NCBI GenBank assembly: GCA_964617125.1
Contig: CAZTVS010000001.1
Coordinates: forward strand, 14,296-78,295
DNA from: an uncultured Acidobacteriota bacterium
GTDB lineage: Bacteria > Acidobacteriota > UBA6911 > CAINFC01
DNA length: 64,000 bases
Direction: 5' to 3'
Below, piece by piece: positions 1 to 10,835 of this stretch. Each line of letters begins with the position of its first letter. Position 1 is the first letter of the stretch. A program made the position numbers and the translations under genes. The notes below the pieces were generated by a model. It was not told where the DNA came from. It did no database searches and saw only the letters and a list, made by a program, of their open reading frames with translations.

Positions 1-1392
1 GAAATATTTTACCTGCGTCATCTGGCAACGCTTTGGCTTTCCGCTCTTACAACCGTCTTGCTGTTAAGGCAATGGGCCACTCTCGAGTGGGCCTGCCTGG
101 GAGGACTTTTCTTTTTATTAGGATCGCCTCTGGCCGTAATTTCCGGGCAGTTGATGTGCCGGCATTATCTGGAAGGCCTCATTTTCTCCTCACTGGCCGT
201 GGCCTTTTATCTCAAGTGTCTTCGGGGCGGAACCTATCGATGGGCATTGCTGTCAGGTCTGTGCTATTTTGCCGCCATCAGTTGTAAAGAGGTTTATGTA
301 CCGCTTCCCATCGTCCTGTTTTTCCTTCCGGAAGGAGCTTTGCCGCGACGCATTCGAGCCGGAATACCCATCTTCCTCATAGGATTACTCTATATTCCAT
401 GGAGACACTTTATGTTGGGTTCCTATCTGGGAGGAATGGGGCTGGAGGTGTCCGCCGGAAAATGGTTGGCTTTACCGTTCGATTTTTGGAGATACCTGTT
501 CGGTCCAATGCAAATCCCGGCGCTGCTCCTGGCTCTGATTTTTTTTACCCTGATTTCCTGGAAAAATTGGAGAATGGGCTTGTTCCTTTTGGTTTGCATG
601 GCAGTTCTGTTAGGACCGTTAGCCCCCATTTCTTCCTTCATCGTGGATACGGATCGCTATTTCCTGCCGCTCTGGTGGTTTTTGTCCCTGACAACTCTCC
701 TGTTGGTAAGGTATGTCGCCATCGCTATTCCCCGGTCCTATGTCGCAGCGGCGGCCATATTGGTGGCTCTGGGTGGTGGTGCCCTTTGGAAAAATGGTCA
801 AACCAGGGAACGATGGGAGCCGATACACCATGAATTTGACGTTCAAGGGCGTTTTTTATGGGATGAAGGCAGCGCGAAGGATGCCGTAATCCTGAGTCCG
901 CTCATGTCTCGCAATTATTGGTATGTAGTCGGCCTGGACTGGCTAAAGAAAATAAGATTGCCGGAAAAAGAAATCGCTAAGATCTGGATTGACGAAAGGG
1001 AGTATGAGGAGGTTTTGCAGAACGGCGGGAGAATTTGGGAATACAGGCCGGAAACGGGGAAGATGAAGGAAATTCAAGACCAGGTGCCGTTCCGGCTTAA
1101 GCAATGGAAGTCGAAGGTAACAGATCGGCCGCTTACCTTGGATTTTCGTTATGACCGGGAAGAGGGAGTTGTTGCCTGGCAATTCGGACCCTATGAAATG
1201 GGACGTTATCTAATCATTACAGATACCGGAGGGTTGTGGGAGTTGCCGTTGAGAGGGAAGTTACGCTCGGCTCTCAGGACAGACTTCCACATCACTCTGC
1301 GTTATGATGCTCCCGAAGGGTGGATCACTTATAGCGAGAAGTTGCCTTTTCTCCTAACGCAAGGGAAATCCATACAATGGCACAGACCCTAA
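1..1392 (+). CDS. Polytopic integral membrane protein, 5' partial (frame open to window edge); possibly GT-C/PMT-ArnT-like glycosyltransferase; function uncertain
   Basis: ORF 58..1392 frame stays open back to nt 1. Multiple hydrophobic helices in N-terminal half, followed by a soluble C-terminal domain. Confidence 0.4.
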   Translation, partial: EIFYLRHLATLWLSALTTVLLLRQWATLEWACLGGLFFLLGSPLAVISGQLMCRHYLEGLIFSSLAVAFYLKCLRGGTYRWALLSGLCYFAAISCKEVYVPLPIVLFFLPEGALPRRIRAGIPIFLIGLLYIPWRHFMLGSYLGGMGLEVSAGKWLALPFDFWRYLFGPMQIPALLLALIFFTLISWKNWRMGLFLLVCMAVLLGPLAPISSFIVDTDRYFLPLWWFLSLTTLLLVRYVAIAIPRSYVAAAAILVALGGGALWKNGQTRERWEPIHHEFDVQGRFLWDEGSAKDAVILSPLMSRNYWYVVGLDWLKKIRLPEKEIAKIWIDEREYEEVLQNGGRIWEYRPETGKMKEIQDQVPFRLKQWKSKVTDRPLTLDFRYDREEGVVAWQFGPYEMGRYLIITDTGGLWELPLRGKLRSALRTDFHITLRYDAPEGWITYSEKLPFLLTQGKSIQWHRP

Positions 1393-1443
1393 AATAAACC
1401 GTTTCGATGACGGTCTCGATTTCAGGAAAGAGAGTGTCCAGAC

Positions 1444-1472
1444 TTGATATCCACGCCTTAGAGTGTTATTTT
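1444..1472 (+). promoter_or_regulatory. Candidate sigma70-like promoter (TTGATA-N17-TATTTT) upstream of lipid operon
   Basis: -35 TTGATA at 1444-1449, 17-nt spacer, -10 TATTTT at 1467-1472, about 30 nt upstream of ATG 1505. Confidence 0.25.
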
Positions 1473-1504
1473 GTATGCCTTTTTGATGGCGTTTACCATC
1501 GATC

Positions 1505-3865
1505 ATGAAATCGAAAATGGATAATGAAAATATCGGCGTTAACCAGCGGGTAGATTCGGCTGCGGTACCACTGTCCGGAGATCCCGTCTTTTGGCGTGTG
1601 GAAGGCAGCCTCCTGAATCTCGGGGCGGTCCGTCCGGTGGCCTTTTTCACCTGGAATGCCCAGAGTTTTACCGAGAGGTGGATACGAAGGGGACTTCTCT
1701 TCCTATCCGCTCTGTTTCGGCCGTTGCTCTATGCTTGTAACCGGTCCTTTGCTACCCGATTGCTCCATATCCTGCTTCGCGGTGTCAGCCGGGACCGTAT
1801 GGATCTTCTGGGAGAGGAATTCTTCGAGTACCGGTTGAAACCCAATCTGCGTAAGAAGGGGGTAGATTGCCTGAAGCAGCACCTGATGGCGGGAGAACGT
1901 ATCATTCTGGTCAGTCAGGGGTTGGATCACCTGATGAAGCCCCTGGCGGCCTTCCTCGGCGTGAAAGAGGTGCTGGCTAACCGGCTTGATTTCCACCAGG
2001 GTTTGGCGACCGGGAGATTGATCGGACCGGTCATACGTCCGCGAGGTCTGTTCGCCCGCATAAAACGCCGTAAGCCGGATGGCAGGATGTCGACCGAAGA
2101 ACTCTATCGGGATCTGGGTTTTTCCGTGACCATTCCCGATCTGCTCCAGGACGTAATGCCTTCCCGGCGGGAAAATCACGTCGTCATTTTTCCGGCGGTC
2201 GTATGCGATGATCAGGAAAAAACGGCCGGCTTTTCCGTCCGGGAGAATCTCTCCGGGAAAACGATCCTGCTCATTGGGGTCACCGGATTTATCGGAAAGG
2301 TATGGCTCACCCAGCTGCTGGAAAATCTGCCGGAAATCCGAAAGATCTACCTGTTGATTCGGAAACAACGTTCTTCCACGGCCCAGAAACGTTTTAAGAA
2401 AATGATGGAGGATTCTCCCGTCTTTGATACCCTCTATGAAAGGCACGGATCCGATTTTACCCGTTTCATGGAGAGTTATGTCGAGGTTATCGAAGGAGAT
2501 CTGACGAAAAGCAATCTGGGACTCGACGAAGATGTCGCGCAAAAACTACGTGAGGAACTGGATCTGGTTGTCAACAGCTCCGGATTGACCGATTTTAATC
2601 CTGATCTGCGTAGTGCTATCACCGCGAATATTGAAGCTCCCTTGCAGGCTGTCGAATTTATTCGCAGTTGCCGGAAGGCTGCCCTGATGCATCTTTCCAC
2701 CTGTTTCGTAGCCGGTTTGTGCGATGGACGTATCCCCGAGAATCCCTCGGCAAATTATAATCCCAAGAGAGATAAGAATTTCCAGGCAGAACAGGAACTG
2801 ATTACCGTCCGGAAACTGGTTGCTGAGGCGGTACTGTATTCCGAAAGTGATGAACTGGGTAAAGAACTCGAAGATCAGTTGCAGGGCAAAAAGACAGGGG
2901 AAGACGCCGCCAACACCGGAATCTCCGAGACTCAAGTACGCAAGGCCCGTTCCCGTTGGTTACGGCAACAGGTTACCGATATAGGCATTCAACGGGCCAG
3001 ACTCTGGGGCTGGCCCAACATTTATACCTACACAAAAAGTCTGACCGAATCCCTGATAGAAACCCGTGCCCATGATTTGCCGATAGCCATCGTCAGGCCT
3101 TCCATCGTGGAGACATCGACACATCATCCTTTTCCCGGATGGAATGAAGGAGTGAATACATCCGCTCCACTTTCCTATCTTTTAGGGACCTACTTTCGTC
3201 AGCTCCCGTCCAACGAGGAGAAATGTCTCGACATCGTACCTGTCGACCTGGTTTGCCGAGGAATGACCTTGATCGCAGCTGCTCTGGTTACCCGACACCA
3301 TCAAAGGGTGTATCAATTGGCCTCCTCCTCCAAAAATCCGTGCAACATGCGCCGATCCATCGAATTGACCGGGCTGGCTCATAGAAAACACTACCGCGCC
3401 CAGGAAGGGCTGGAATCCTGGCTGCGAGCGCGTTCCGATTCCATTTCCGTATCCAAAACACGTTACGAACAGATGTCCGTTCCCCGGCAAAAGAAGCTCA
3501 TACACCTCCTGCAGTTGCTGAGTCGGCCTGTTCCGCCGCTGGTGAAAAGTCTGGTTCGCAAGGAGAGGGCCATGGAGCGGGTCGAGGGTATCGTCGAACT
3601 TTATGAACCGTTTATCCTTCATAATCAGCACGTATTCGAATCGGATCACATAGAATTCTTGTCTCAGGCCATTCCGGAAGAAGAGAGATCCCTGTTCGGT
3701 TATGACGTATTCGGTTTTGACTGGTGGCATTACTGGATTAATATCCATGTTCCGGCTTTACGCAAGTGGTGTTATCCGTTGATCGAACAAAAACCGATGG
3801 AACATCGCCGGTCCAGGTCACTTTCGTCCTCGGACCAAGCACAGAACCTCAATCAAGACATATGA
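1505..3865 (+). CDS. Fusion protein: N-terminal HAD-IB-like (degenerate motif I) domain + C-terminal fatty acyl-CoA reductase (NAD_binding_4/male-sterility type)
   Basis: N-terminus resembles HAD-IB hydrolases, but motif I reads [10 protein letters not shown] instead of FFDxDGTL. C-terminal half has Rossmann motif GVTGFIGK and FAR catalytic YTYTK (YxxxK). 786 aa. Confidence 0.7.
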   Translation: MKSKMDNENIGVNQRVDSAAVPLSGDPVFWRVEGSLLNLGAVRPVAFFTWNAQSFTERWIRRGLLFLSALFRPLLYACNRSFATRLLHILLRGVSRDRMDLLGEEFFEYRLKPNLRKKGVDCLKQHLMAGERIILVSQGLDHLMKPLAAFLGVKEVLANRLDFHQGLATGRLIGPVIRPRGLFARIKRRKPDGRMSTEELYRDLGFSVTIPDLLQDVMPSRRENHVVIFPAVVCDDQEKTAGFSVRENLSGKTILLIGVTGFIGKVWLTQLLENLPEIRKIYLLIRKQRSSTAQKRFKKMMEDSPVFDTLYERHGSDFTRFMESYVEVIEGDLTKSNLGLDEDVAQKLREELDLVVNSSGLTDFNPDLRSAITANIEAPLQAVEFIRSCRKAALMHLSTCFVAGLCDGRIPENPSANYNPKRDKNFQAEQELITVRKLVAEAVLYSESDELGKELEDQLQGKKTGEDAANTGISETQVRKARSRWLRQQVTDIGIQRARLWGWPNIYTYTKSLTESLIETRAHDLPIAIVRPSIVETSTHHPFPGWNEGVNTSAPLSYLLGTYFRQLPSNEEKCLDIVPVDLVCRGMTLIAAALVTRHHQRVYQLASSSKNPCNMRRSIELTGLAHRKHYRAQEGLESWLRARSDSISVSKTRYEQMSVPRQKKLIHLLQLLSRPVPPLVKSLVRKERAMERVEGIVELYEPFILHNQHVFESDHIEFLSQAIPEEERSLFGYDVFGFDWWHYWINIHVPALRKWCYPLIEQKPMEHRRSRSLSSSDQAQNLNQDI

Positions 3866-5007
3866 ACATCTTTCTTACCGGCTCCACTGGGTATATCGGC
3901 GCACATGTAGCGTATAATCTTCTTTCTTCGAATCCGGAACATCGGTTGAATCTGCTGGTTCGGGCCAAGGACCTTGGCGAAGCCAGAGACCGTATCTGGC
4001 AGGCGTGGCAGCTGCATGACGAATTTCCCCTCATTCGTGAATGGCTGGGCACAAGGGTGCAGATCTTTACCGGCGATCTGACCTCGTCGCAATTCGGTCT
4101 CAGTGCCGAGAGTTACACCAAGCTGATACGTACTTCCGATTCGATCATTCATTGCGCGGCCTCGCTCAATCGACGATCGGAGAAGTCCTGTCTCAAGGTC
4201 AATCTGCGCGGCACTCTGGAAATGACCCAGCTGGGCATGCGTATTCGAGAGGACCACGGTCTGCAGTGTTTCAGCCATGTGAGCACAGTGGCCGTGGCCG
4301 GAGTGCGACATAACGAAGTCGTGGTGGAGGATCGTTCGGTGGATTGGGAACGCTCCGACTACGATCCCTATGCCCGTACCAAGAAGTTTTGCGAACACAT
4401 GATACAGGAGCTGTTGAGGGGCGTTCCCGTCAACATTTTTCGTCCCAGTATCGTTCTGGGAGACAGCCGCTATGGAAAGACAACCCAATTCGATATGGTG
4501 CAGGCGTTTGTATTTTTAGCCGGCTTGCCTGTTTTACCCTTCAGGTCCACAGACCAGATCGATATCGTCAACGTGGATTACGTGGCGGAGGCCATAGCCA
4601 GAATCCATACCCAGATCGAGCCCGGGCCTGGAGTTCGAATTTTTCATCTTTCTTCAGGGAAATCGTCTCAAACCTATCGGGAACTGACCAAGGCACTGGC
4701 GGAAAAGCAGGGGAAAAGGACGCCGATCTTTCTTCCTTGCCTGGAAAAGCCGTTTACTTCTCTGGTGAATTTTCTGGCGAACCGGAGGTCGTTGCCGGGG
4801 AGCCGGCTTGCTTCCCTGATGAAGGTGTTCATGCCCTATCTGGTCTGGAACACGGTGTTCGACAACCGCCGGGTGGTGGAAACGATCGGTTATGCGCCCA
4901 AACCATTTACGGATTATTGTTATCCGCTGTTGAAATTCAGCTTGGAGAATCATTTTCGTTATCCCTATCGTAGTTGGCCGGAACAGCAAGGAAACAAAAC
5001 CATATGA
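3862..5007 (+). CDS. SDR-family thioester reductase / fatty acyl reductase-like (NAD_binding_4)
   Basis: N-terminal [13 protein letters not shown] Rossmann motif and catalytic YARTK (YxxxK). ATG at 3862 overlaps the upstream stop (ATGA at 3862-3865). Confidence 0.7.
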   Translation: MNIFLTGSTGYIGAHVAYNLLSSNPEHRLNLLVRAKDLGEARDRIWQAWQLHDEFPLIREWLGTRVQIFTGDLTSSQFGLSAESYTKLIRTSDSIIHCAASLNRRSEKSCLKVNLRGTLEMTQLGMRIREDHGLQCFSHVSTVAVAGVRHNEVVVEDRSVDWERSDYDPYARTKKFCEHMIQELLRGVPVNIFRPSIVLGDSRYGKTTQFDMVQAFVFLAGLPVLPFRSTDQIDIVNVDYVAEAIARIHTQIEPGPGVRIFHLSSGKSSQTYRELTKALAEKQGKRTPIFLPCLEKPFTSLVNFLANRRSLPGSRLASLMKVFMPYLVWNTVFDNRRVVETIGYAPKPFTDYCYPLLKFSLENHFRYPYRSWPEQQGNKTI

Positions 5008-6419
5008 TGGATTTCGTACTGCAAGCCTGGGTCGGCAGACTGATCGAGCTGACACGATGGAAGTGGATGCTGGGTTCCGGACAGCGATGGCGTCCCGGGA
5101 AGAAGCTCAAACTCCTCTTCGCCGGATATAACGGCACGCGTAACACCGGAGCGGACGTGCGGGTGGAAGAGATGTTGCGTCAGATACGCTGGATTCTCGG
5201 AGCCGATCGTGTGGAACTGAGCGTGATGTCGCAGAACTTCCGGCGAACCCAGGGGTATTTCCAGGGAACTAGGCAAGTTCATTTGCCCGATATTTTTCCG
5301 CCTTTTCTATACAGGGAAATTCCGCAACACGATGGTGTGGTCGCCTGTGAAGGATCCATGTTCAAGAGTAAATTCGCCAACGCCTTAACGACCATGATGA
5401 TCGGTTCGTTGGGTATGGCAACCGTGGAAAACAAGCTCTCCGTGGGTTATGGGGCGGAAGCGGGCTATATGGACCCATCTCTGGCGCGTATGTGTGCCAG
5501 GTACTGCCGCAAATCCCTGATCATTACCAGAAACGAAGAATCGATGAAGGTATTGGCAGATCTGGGAATTTCCTCCGAACTGGGAACCGACACCGCCTGG
5601 ACTTTTGAACCTTTACCGGCGGAGTATGGCCTGGGAGAGCTAAAGAAGACCGGATGGGATGGAAAGACACCCATTTTGGCATTGTGTCCCATCAATCCAT
5701 TCTGGTGGCCGGTCAGGGCATCTGTGGCCAAGTACGCGGCCAGGATCCTTTTTGGGTCTTACAAAGACAGTCATTATCGGACCGTCTATTTCCACAACTC
5801 CGGAACCAAGGTCCAGGAGAAGTACAAAAGGTATCTGCAAGGAATAGCCGCCGCGGTCGATGCCTTTCGCCGTGAGAAGCGTGTCTTCCCCATTTTATTT
5901 GCCATGGAGAGGCTGGATGTCGGATCCTGCCACCGGCTGAACGAACTGCTCCAGGAGAAGGTCCCGGTTTTAACCTCTGATCAATATGATATGTATCAGA
6001 TGGTCAGCCTGTTGCGATGCTGTCACCTGCTGGTGTCTTCCCGTTATCACGGCATTGTAACGGCCATGCCCGCACTGGTTCCTTCCGCAGGTATCACCAT
6101 GGATGAGCGAATCCGGAATCTTATGCATGAGAGAGGGCATGATCATCTGTTACTACAGGTGGATGACGTCCATATGTCGGAAAAACTCGTTTCCATTTTA
6201 AGAAGTCTGGAGAAAGAACAGGAATCCATCAAGGACGGAATCGGCAAAACCGTAGCCAAGAATATCAAGGTGATGGCACGGATGGGAGTCTTTTTCGAGG
6301 ATCAGGTACGACGTACCTATCCGGATTTTCCCTTGCGTGCAGGTGTGCGTACGTGGGAGGAGTATCTGCCACCATTGAGTCCCCGGGTGCGAAAACTTCT
6401 GGAGAGTTATACCGTATGA
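5004..6419 (+). CDS. Polysaccharide pyruvyl transferase family (PF04230-like) protein
   Basis: N-terminal [25 protein letters not shown] matches the GY-G-N-GD motif of CsaB/WcaK-type pyruvyl transferases. ATGA overlap with upstream gene at 5004-5007. Confidence 0.55.
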   Translation: MMDFVLQAWVGRLIELTRWKWMLGSGQRWRPGKKLKLLFAGYNGTRNTGADVRVEEMLRQIRWILGADRVELSVMSQNFRRTQGYFQGTRQVHLPDIFPPFLYREIPQHDGVVACEGSMFKSKFANALTTMMIGSLGMATVENKLSVGYGAEAGYMDPSLARMCARYCRKSLIITRNEESMKVLADLGISSELGTDTAWTFEPLPAEYGLGELKKTGWDGKTPILALCPINPFWWPVRASVAKYAARILFGSYKDSHYRTVYFHNSGTKVQEKYKRYLQGIAAAVDAFRREKRVFPILFAMERLDVGSCHRLNELLQEKVPVLTSDQYDMYQMVSLLRCCHLLVSSRYHGIVTAMPALVPSAGITMDERIRNLMHERGHDHLLLQVDDVHMSEKLVSILRSLEKEQESIKDGIGKTVAKNIKVMARMGVFFEDQVRRTYPDFPLRAGVRTWEEYLPPLSPRVRKLLESYTV

Positions 6420-8083
6420 ACTTTTTGGAACTCATTTTGGAAAGGCTGGGAAAATCTTCAGAAACGGTTCTCCTGGAGGAAATGCAAGCGGGAAAACTCC
6501 ATTCCTTGACCGGCCGGGAAATCCTGCAAAAGATGACCGCTGTTCGTCGAACCCTTCAGGAAGAGGGTGTTCAGCCGGGCGATAGGTGTGTTTTGCTTTC
6601 GCCAAACGGCGTCTCCTGCGCTTGCGTACACCTGGCCATCATCGCCCATGGGGCCGTTTGTGTGCCCATGTATTCGCGACAGGCTCCGGCGGAACTGGCG
6701 GCCATGGTCGCCGATTGTCAGCCTTCATTGCTTATCTGTTCCGATGAAGGACTGAAGGAGGGAATGCAAAAGACCGGGGCCACGCTTCCCAAGATGATTC
6801 TGTTTTCCCAGCTGTTCCGGGAGGGAATTACAGGAGAAGATCCCCTTGCCGCGCCATCCGCTGTGATCCGCAACAGTTCGGATCCGGTAGTCATCATATA
6901 TACCTCAGGAACATCCGGAGAGCCGAAAGGCGTCCTTCTCCATGTCGGCAACATCGATCATATGCTGGGATGCACCAGTGATCGGCTGACACGTCTGATG
7001 AGCGGGACGAATTGCGATCAGGAGCGTGTCTATCACTATTTGCCGGTCAATTACGCCGGTTCCTGGATCCTTATGCTGACCAGCCTTCTGCGTGGCAGCC
7101 GATTGACTTTTTGCACCGATCTGAACCGTATCGCCGACGATCTCGTTTTTGTTTCCCCCCATTACTTTTTGAATGTTCCCATCCTTTTGGAACGAATACG
7201 AAGTGGTATTGAAGGCAAGATGCGGAAAGAAGGCGGGATCGTGGCCGCCTTGTTTCAGAAGGCGCAGAAAGCCTGGTATCGACGAGAAGAAGGGAAAAAG
7301 CGAACCGGAGACGGAATCTGGTTCCATATCGCCGACCGCCTGATCTTTCGAGCGGTACGGAAGAGGTTCGGCACGAGGTTGAAGGCGATTATATGCGGAT
7401 CTGCTCCCCTGTCCCTGGAAACGCAACAATTCTTTCAAATGATGGGCATTTCTATCCTGCAGGTTTACGGTTTGACCGAGACAACCGCCATCTGCACCAT
7501 GGACGATCCCGACCATGTGGAGATGGGGTGGGTCGGACCGGCAGTAGACGGGGTCGAGATGAAACTGGGAGAGATGGATGAGATCCTGGTGAAAGGTCCC
7601 AATGTTTTTCCGGGGTATTGGCATCGTCCTCAGGCAACCGCCGCCGCTTTTTGCGATGGTTGGTTCCGCACCGGGGACCAGGGGGAAGTCAATCAGAGAG
7701 GGAACTGGCGTATTATCGGACGTATCAAGAATCTGCTGATCCTGAGTTCCGGACATAATGTGGCTCCGGAACCGATGGAAGAATGCCTGTTGAAAAGCAT
7801 ACCCGGTATCCGGCAGGTCATTCTGATCGGTCATGGGAAAAGTTTCCTTTCGGCCCTGCTCACCGGTGAGGCCCGGACGGAAGATATAGAGAAAGCGGTG
7901 GAGTCGATCAACGGCACACTGCCTCATTATAAGCGGATTCGTGCCTATCGCCTGCTGGAGGAACCTTTCAGCATCGAAAACGGTCTGTTGACCGCCAACG
8001 GGAAATTGAAAAGAGATCAGATACAGATCCGTTGGGACTCCCGTATCCAGGAGATGTACAGCACCGATTCCACGGCACACTAA
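6416..8083 (+). CDS. fadD: Long-chain acyl-CoA synthetase (AMP-dependent synthetase/ligase)
   Basis: AMP-binding motif YTSGTSGEPKGV, then GYGLTETT and GWFRTGDQG motifs. ATGA overlap with upstream gene at 6416-6419. Confidence 0.8.
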   Translation: MNFLELILERLGKSSETVLLEEMQAGKLHSLTGREILQKMTAVRRTLQEEGVQPGDRCVLLSPNGVSCACVHLAIIAHGAVCVPMYSRQAPAELAAMVADCQPSLLICSDEGLKEGMQKTGATLPKMILFSQLFREGITGEDPLAAPSAVIRNSSDPVVIIYTSGTSGEPKGVLLHVGNIDHMLGCTSDRLTRLMSGTNCDQERVYHYLPVNYAGSWILMLTSLLRGSRLTFCTDLNRIADDLVFVSPHYFLNVPILLERIRSGIEGKMRKEGGIVAALFQKAQKAWYRREEGKKRTGDGIWFHIADRLIFRAVRKRFGTRLKAIICGSAPLSLETQQFFQMMGISILQVYGLTETTAICTMDDPDHVEMGWVGPAVDGVEMKLGEMDEILVKGPNVFPGYWHRPQATAAAFCDGWFRTGDQGEVNQRGNWRIIGRIKNLLILSSGHNVAPEPMEECLLKSIPGIRQVILIGHGKSFLSALLTGEARTEDIEKAVESINGTLPHYKRIRAYRLLEEPFSIENGLLTANGKLKRDQIQIRWDSRIQEMYSTDSTAH

Positions 8084-8108
8084 AGGCGAAATCATCAAGG
8101 AACCTTTC

Positions 8109-8912
8109 ATGGGAAATTTTCAAGGACAATCCCTGTCCTGGGAATCTAAGGACCAAATCATCGAACTGGCCCTGCACCAGTCCCCGTGTAACGAGATCGG
8201 AACCGTCATGTTGGGGGAACTGGAAACCTTTGTCGCAGCATTGCCGGTTCTGCAGACAGAGAACAACGCTCTGATTCTTTACAGTCGATTGCCTTCCGGT
8301 TTTAGTGCCGGCGCCGACCTACGTGAGTTCTGGCGGGGGATATATGGGCTTCCGCTTTCCGATCGCAGGAACGGAATACGTTCCTTCCTGCAGCGGATTC
8401 ATCGAGTCATGAATACCTTGGATATGGCTCCCATTCTGACCATCGCCGCTGTCCACGGAGTAACCTTCGGGGGAGGTTTTGAACTGGCTCTGACTTCCGA
8501 TCTGATCATTGCGGAAAAGAGTGCCCGATTCTGTTTCCCGGAGTTACGTTTGGGCCTGATTCCCGGTTTTGGAGGAATTCCTCGCCTGCGAAGAGATATC
8601 GGAAATGCAGCCATCCGTGACCTGCTGCTGACCGGCAGAAGCTGGAATGCAGTCAGAGCCCAGCAAATCGGTCTGGTATCCCAACTGGTCGGAGAGGGAC
8701 AGGCTTTGGAAACGGCTCGCCGGGCAGCTCTGCAACAAAACAAATTCGATGCAGGGACCCGTAAGGCAGCCAAGTTTTTCATCAAGGACCTTCCACGGGA
8801 AGAACTGGAACGGGAAATGGAAATATTTTGCGATTTGGTAAGTCGACCCGCTCTGGAAGAGGGTTTGAGGAGATTTGTGGAAAACCGTGGACCCCTTCCT
8901 TACCTGCCGTAA
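8109..8912 (+). CDS. Enoyl-CoA hydratase/isomerase (crotonase family)
   Basis: Crotonase oxyanion-hole region FSAGADLREF and GGGFELALTSDLIIA ... ELRLGLIPGFGG. Confidence 0.75.
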   Translation: MGNFQGQSLSWESKDQIIELALHQSPCNEIGTVMLGELETFVAALPVLQTENNALILYSRLPSGFSAGADLREFWRGIYGLPLSDRRNGIRSFLQRIHRVMNTLDMAPILTIAAVHGVTFGGGFELALTSDLIIAEKSARFCFPELRLGLIPGFGGIPRLRRDIGNAAIRDLLLTGRSWNAVRAQQIGLVSQLVGEGQALETARRAALQQNKFDAGTRKAAKFFIKDLPREELEREMEIFCDLVSRPALEEGLRRFVENRGPLPYLP

Positions 8913-9086
8913 ACCATCGTTCGAGCGAACGACAATCAAGTTCATCCTTCTCAATTCCAGGGTGGGAGGGAAAGCGGCCCCCTACGACCCGCCCTTGGAA
9001 GTTCTTCTGCTCCCGACCGGAAAAACCCCTCCTTTGGCGACTGGAATGGGGTAATATTTCCTTATCAAACGGCAAAGGACAATCAT

Positions 9087-10385
9087 ATGGCAACAAATCC
9101 AATCCCGGCTTTGCGTAAAAGGGCGGTGGCGGTAATTATGGGTGGTGGCGCCGGGACCAGGCTGTTCCCCTTGACCAAAGACAGAGCCAAACCGGCCGTG
9201 CCATTGGGCGGTAAATACCGATTGGTCGATATTCCCATCAGCAATTGCTTGAATTCCGATTTAAGAAAAATTTACCTCCTGACTCAGTTCAACAGTTTAT
9301 CGCTGCATCGTCATATCCAACGCACGTATAAGTTCGATGAATTCTCCCGTGGTTTTGTAGAAATCATGGCTGCACGGCAATCGCTTGACTATGGCGGCTG
9401 GTATCAAGGAACAGCCGATGCTGTCAGGCAAAATCTCAGCAGTTTCGACAACGAACCCCACGATCTGGTTCTCATCCTGTCAGGAGATCAACTTTACCGC
9501 ATGAACTTCCGGCATCTGATCGCTCAACACCTTCTCTTCGGGTCGGACATAACGGTTGCCACTCTGCCGGTGCAAAGGGAAATGGTGCCCGGGTTCGGCA
9601 TCATGCAGATCGATTCGGATCTACGAATCAGGAAGTTTGTCGAAAAGCCGAAAGAGAGAGAGGTCCAGGATCAGTTCAAGCTGGACGCAAGAACCATAAA
9701 AAATATCGGGTTGAAACCCGGTAAAGAGTCTTTTCTGGCCTCCATGGGAATCTATATCTTCAACCGGGAGGTCCTGAGCAAGGTCCTCAACCAGAATCCC
9801 TCCATGATGGATTTCGGCAAAGATATCATCCCTCTGTCGCTTGCCAAACAACGGGTACATGCCTATATATTTCAGGGATATTGGGAGGATATTGGTACGA
9901 TAGGGGCTTTTTATCAAGCCAATCTGGATTTATGCGAACCAAATCCAAAATTCAATTTTTTTGACGTTCGTGAACCGATTCACACACGCCCGCGCAATCT
10001 GCCACCGACCACCATCGAGGGTGCCTCGATGAAAAAGGTGGTTATTTGTGATGGCTGTTATATATGCCGATCCAAACTGAAACGGGTTTTACTGGGAAAC
10101 AGGACCATCATCGGAAACGGTGCAACCATCGAGGATACAGTTTTGATGGGAGCCGACTACTTTCATCATGAGAGGATGGAACTGGCCGGGTCCATTCCTC
10201 TAGGCATTGGTGAGGGGACTGTCATTCGACAGGCCATTGTCGATAAAAATGCCCGCATCGGGAAAAATTGCACCATCTCCCCAAAGGGGAAACCCGAAAA
10301 TTTGGATCACGAGTTGTTTCACATACGTGACGGTATCCTGGTTATTCCCAAGAATACAGAAATCCCCGACAATACAATTTTGTAA
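9087..10385 (+). CDS. glgC: Glucose-1-phosphate adenylyltransferase
   Basis: N-terminal AVIMGGGAGTRLFPLTKDRAKPAVPLGGKYRLVDIPISNCLNS is the GlgC signature. Left-handed beta-helix C-terminus. Confidence 0.85.
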   Translation: MATNPIPALRKRAVAVIMGGGAGTRLFPLTKDRAKPAVPLGGKYRLVDIPISNCLNSDLRKIYLLTQFNSLSLHRHIQRTYKFDEFSRGFVEIMAARQSLDYGGWYQGTADAVRQNLSSFDNEPHDLVLILSGDQLYRMNFRHLIAQHLLFGSDITVATLPVQREMVPGFGIMQIDSDLRIRKFVEKPKEREVQDQFKLDARTIKNIGLKPGKESFLASMGIYIFNREVLSKVLNQNPSMMDFGKDIIPLSLAKQRVHAYIFQGYWEDIGTIGAFYQANLDLCEPNPKFNFFDVREPIHTRPRNLPPTTIEGASMKKVVICDGCYICRSKLKRVLLGNRTIIGNGATIEDTVLMGADYFHHERMELAGSIPLGIGEGTVIRQAIVDKNARIGKNCTISPKGKPENLDHELFHIRDGILVIPKNTEIPDNTIL

Positions 10386-10511
10386 AAGAAGGCACAAAAC
10401 GGACACGGAAAGTAGATGGAGAAAGAGATTTCTTCTCTTCCTGAGGTTTTTCCTGATGGGTGCCGATAGGGGATCTTCTAACCACCTCCTGTCAATCATG
10501 GATTTCTGAAC

Positions 10512-10823
10512 ATGCAAGGGTATTGGGAATTAAAAAGGAAAGAGCAGCGTGTCAACCTGCGTGTCCAAGTCAAACTGCATGGTATCGACGCCCACGGCAA
10601 TCGTTTCGAAGAAAAATGCTACACGGAAAACGTAAGTCGTTCAGGGGCCATGATCCTGACACGGCATCAGCTTCTGTTAGGATCAGGCATTCAGATGGAT
10701 GCCTTCGGGAAATTTAAAAGCATGGTAACGGTCCGGCTTATTGTGAAAGATACGGGCAATCCCGAAATGTATAAAATCGGCGTTGAATTCAATGGACCGG
10801 TAAGCGGTTGGATTGTATATTGA
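10512..10823 (+). CDS. PilZ domain protein (c-di-GMP binding)
   Basis: RVNLR (RxxxR) followed by NVSRSGAMI (D/NxSxxG) motifs. About 100 aa. Confidence 0.6.
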   Translation: MQGYWELKRKEQRVNLRVQVKLHGIDAHGNRFEEKCYTENVSRSGAMILTRHQLLLGSGIQMDAFGKFKSMVTVRLIVKDTGNPEMYKIGVEFNGPVSGWIVY

Positions 10824-10835
10824 AATCGGCCGGAA

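Noticed and set aside
3853-4973. Overlapping alternative-frame ORFs (211 aa minus; 209 aa plus) within the second reductase gene.
   Set aside because: They lie within a gene with clear SDR/thioester-reductase motifs. No independent coding evidence.
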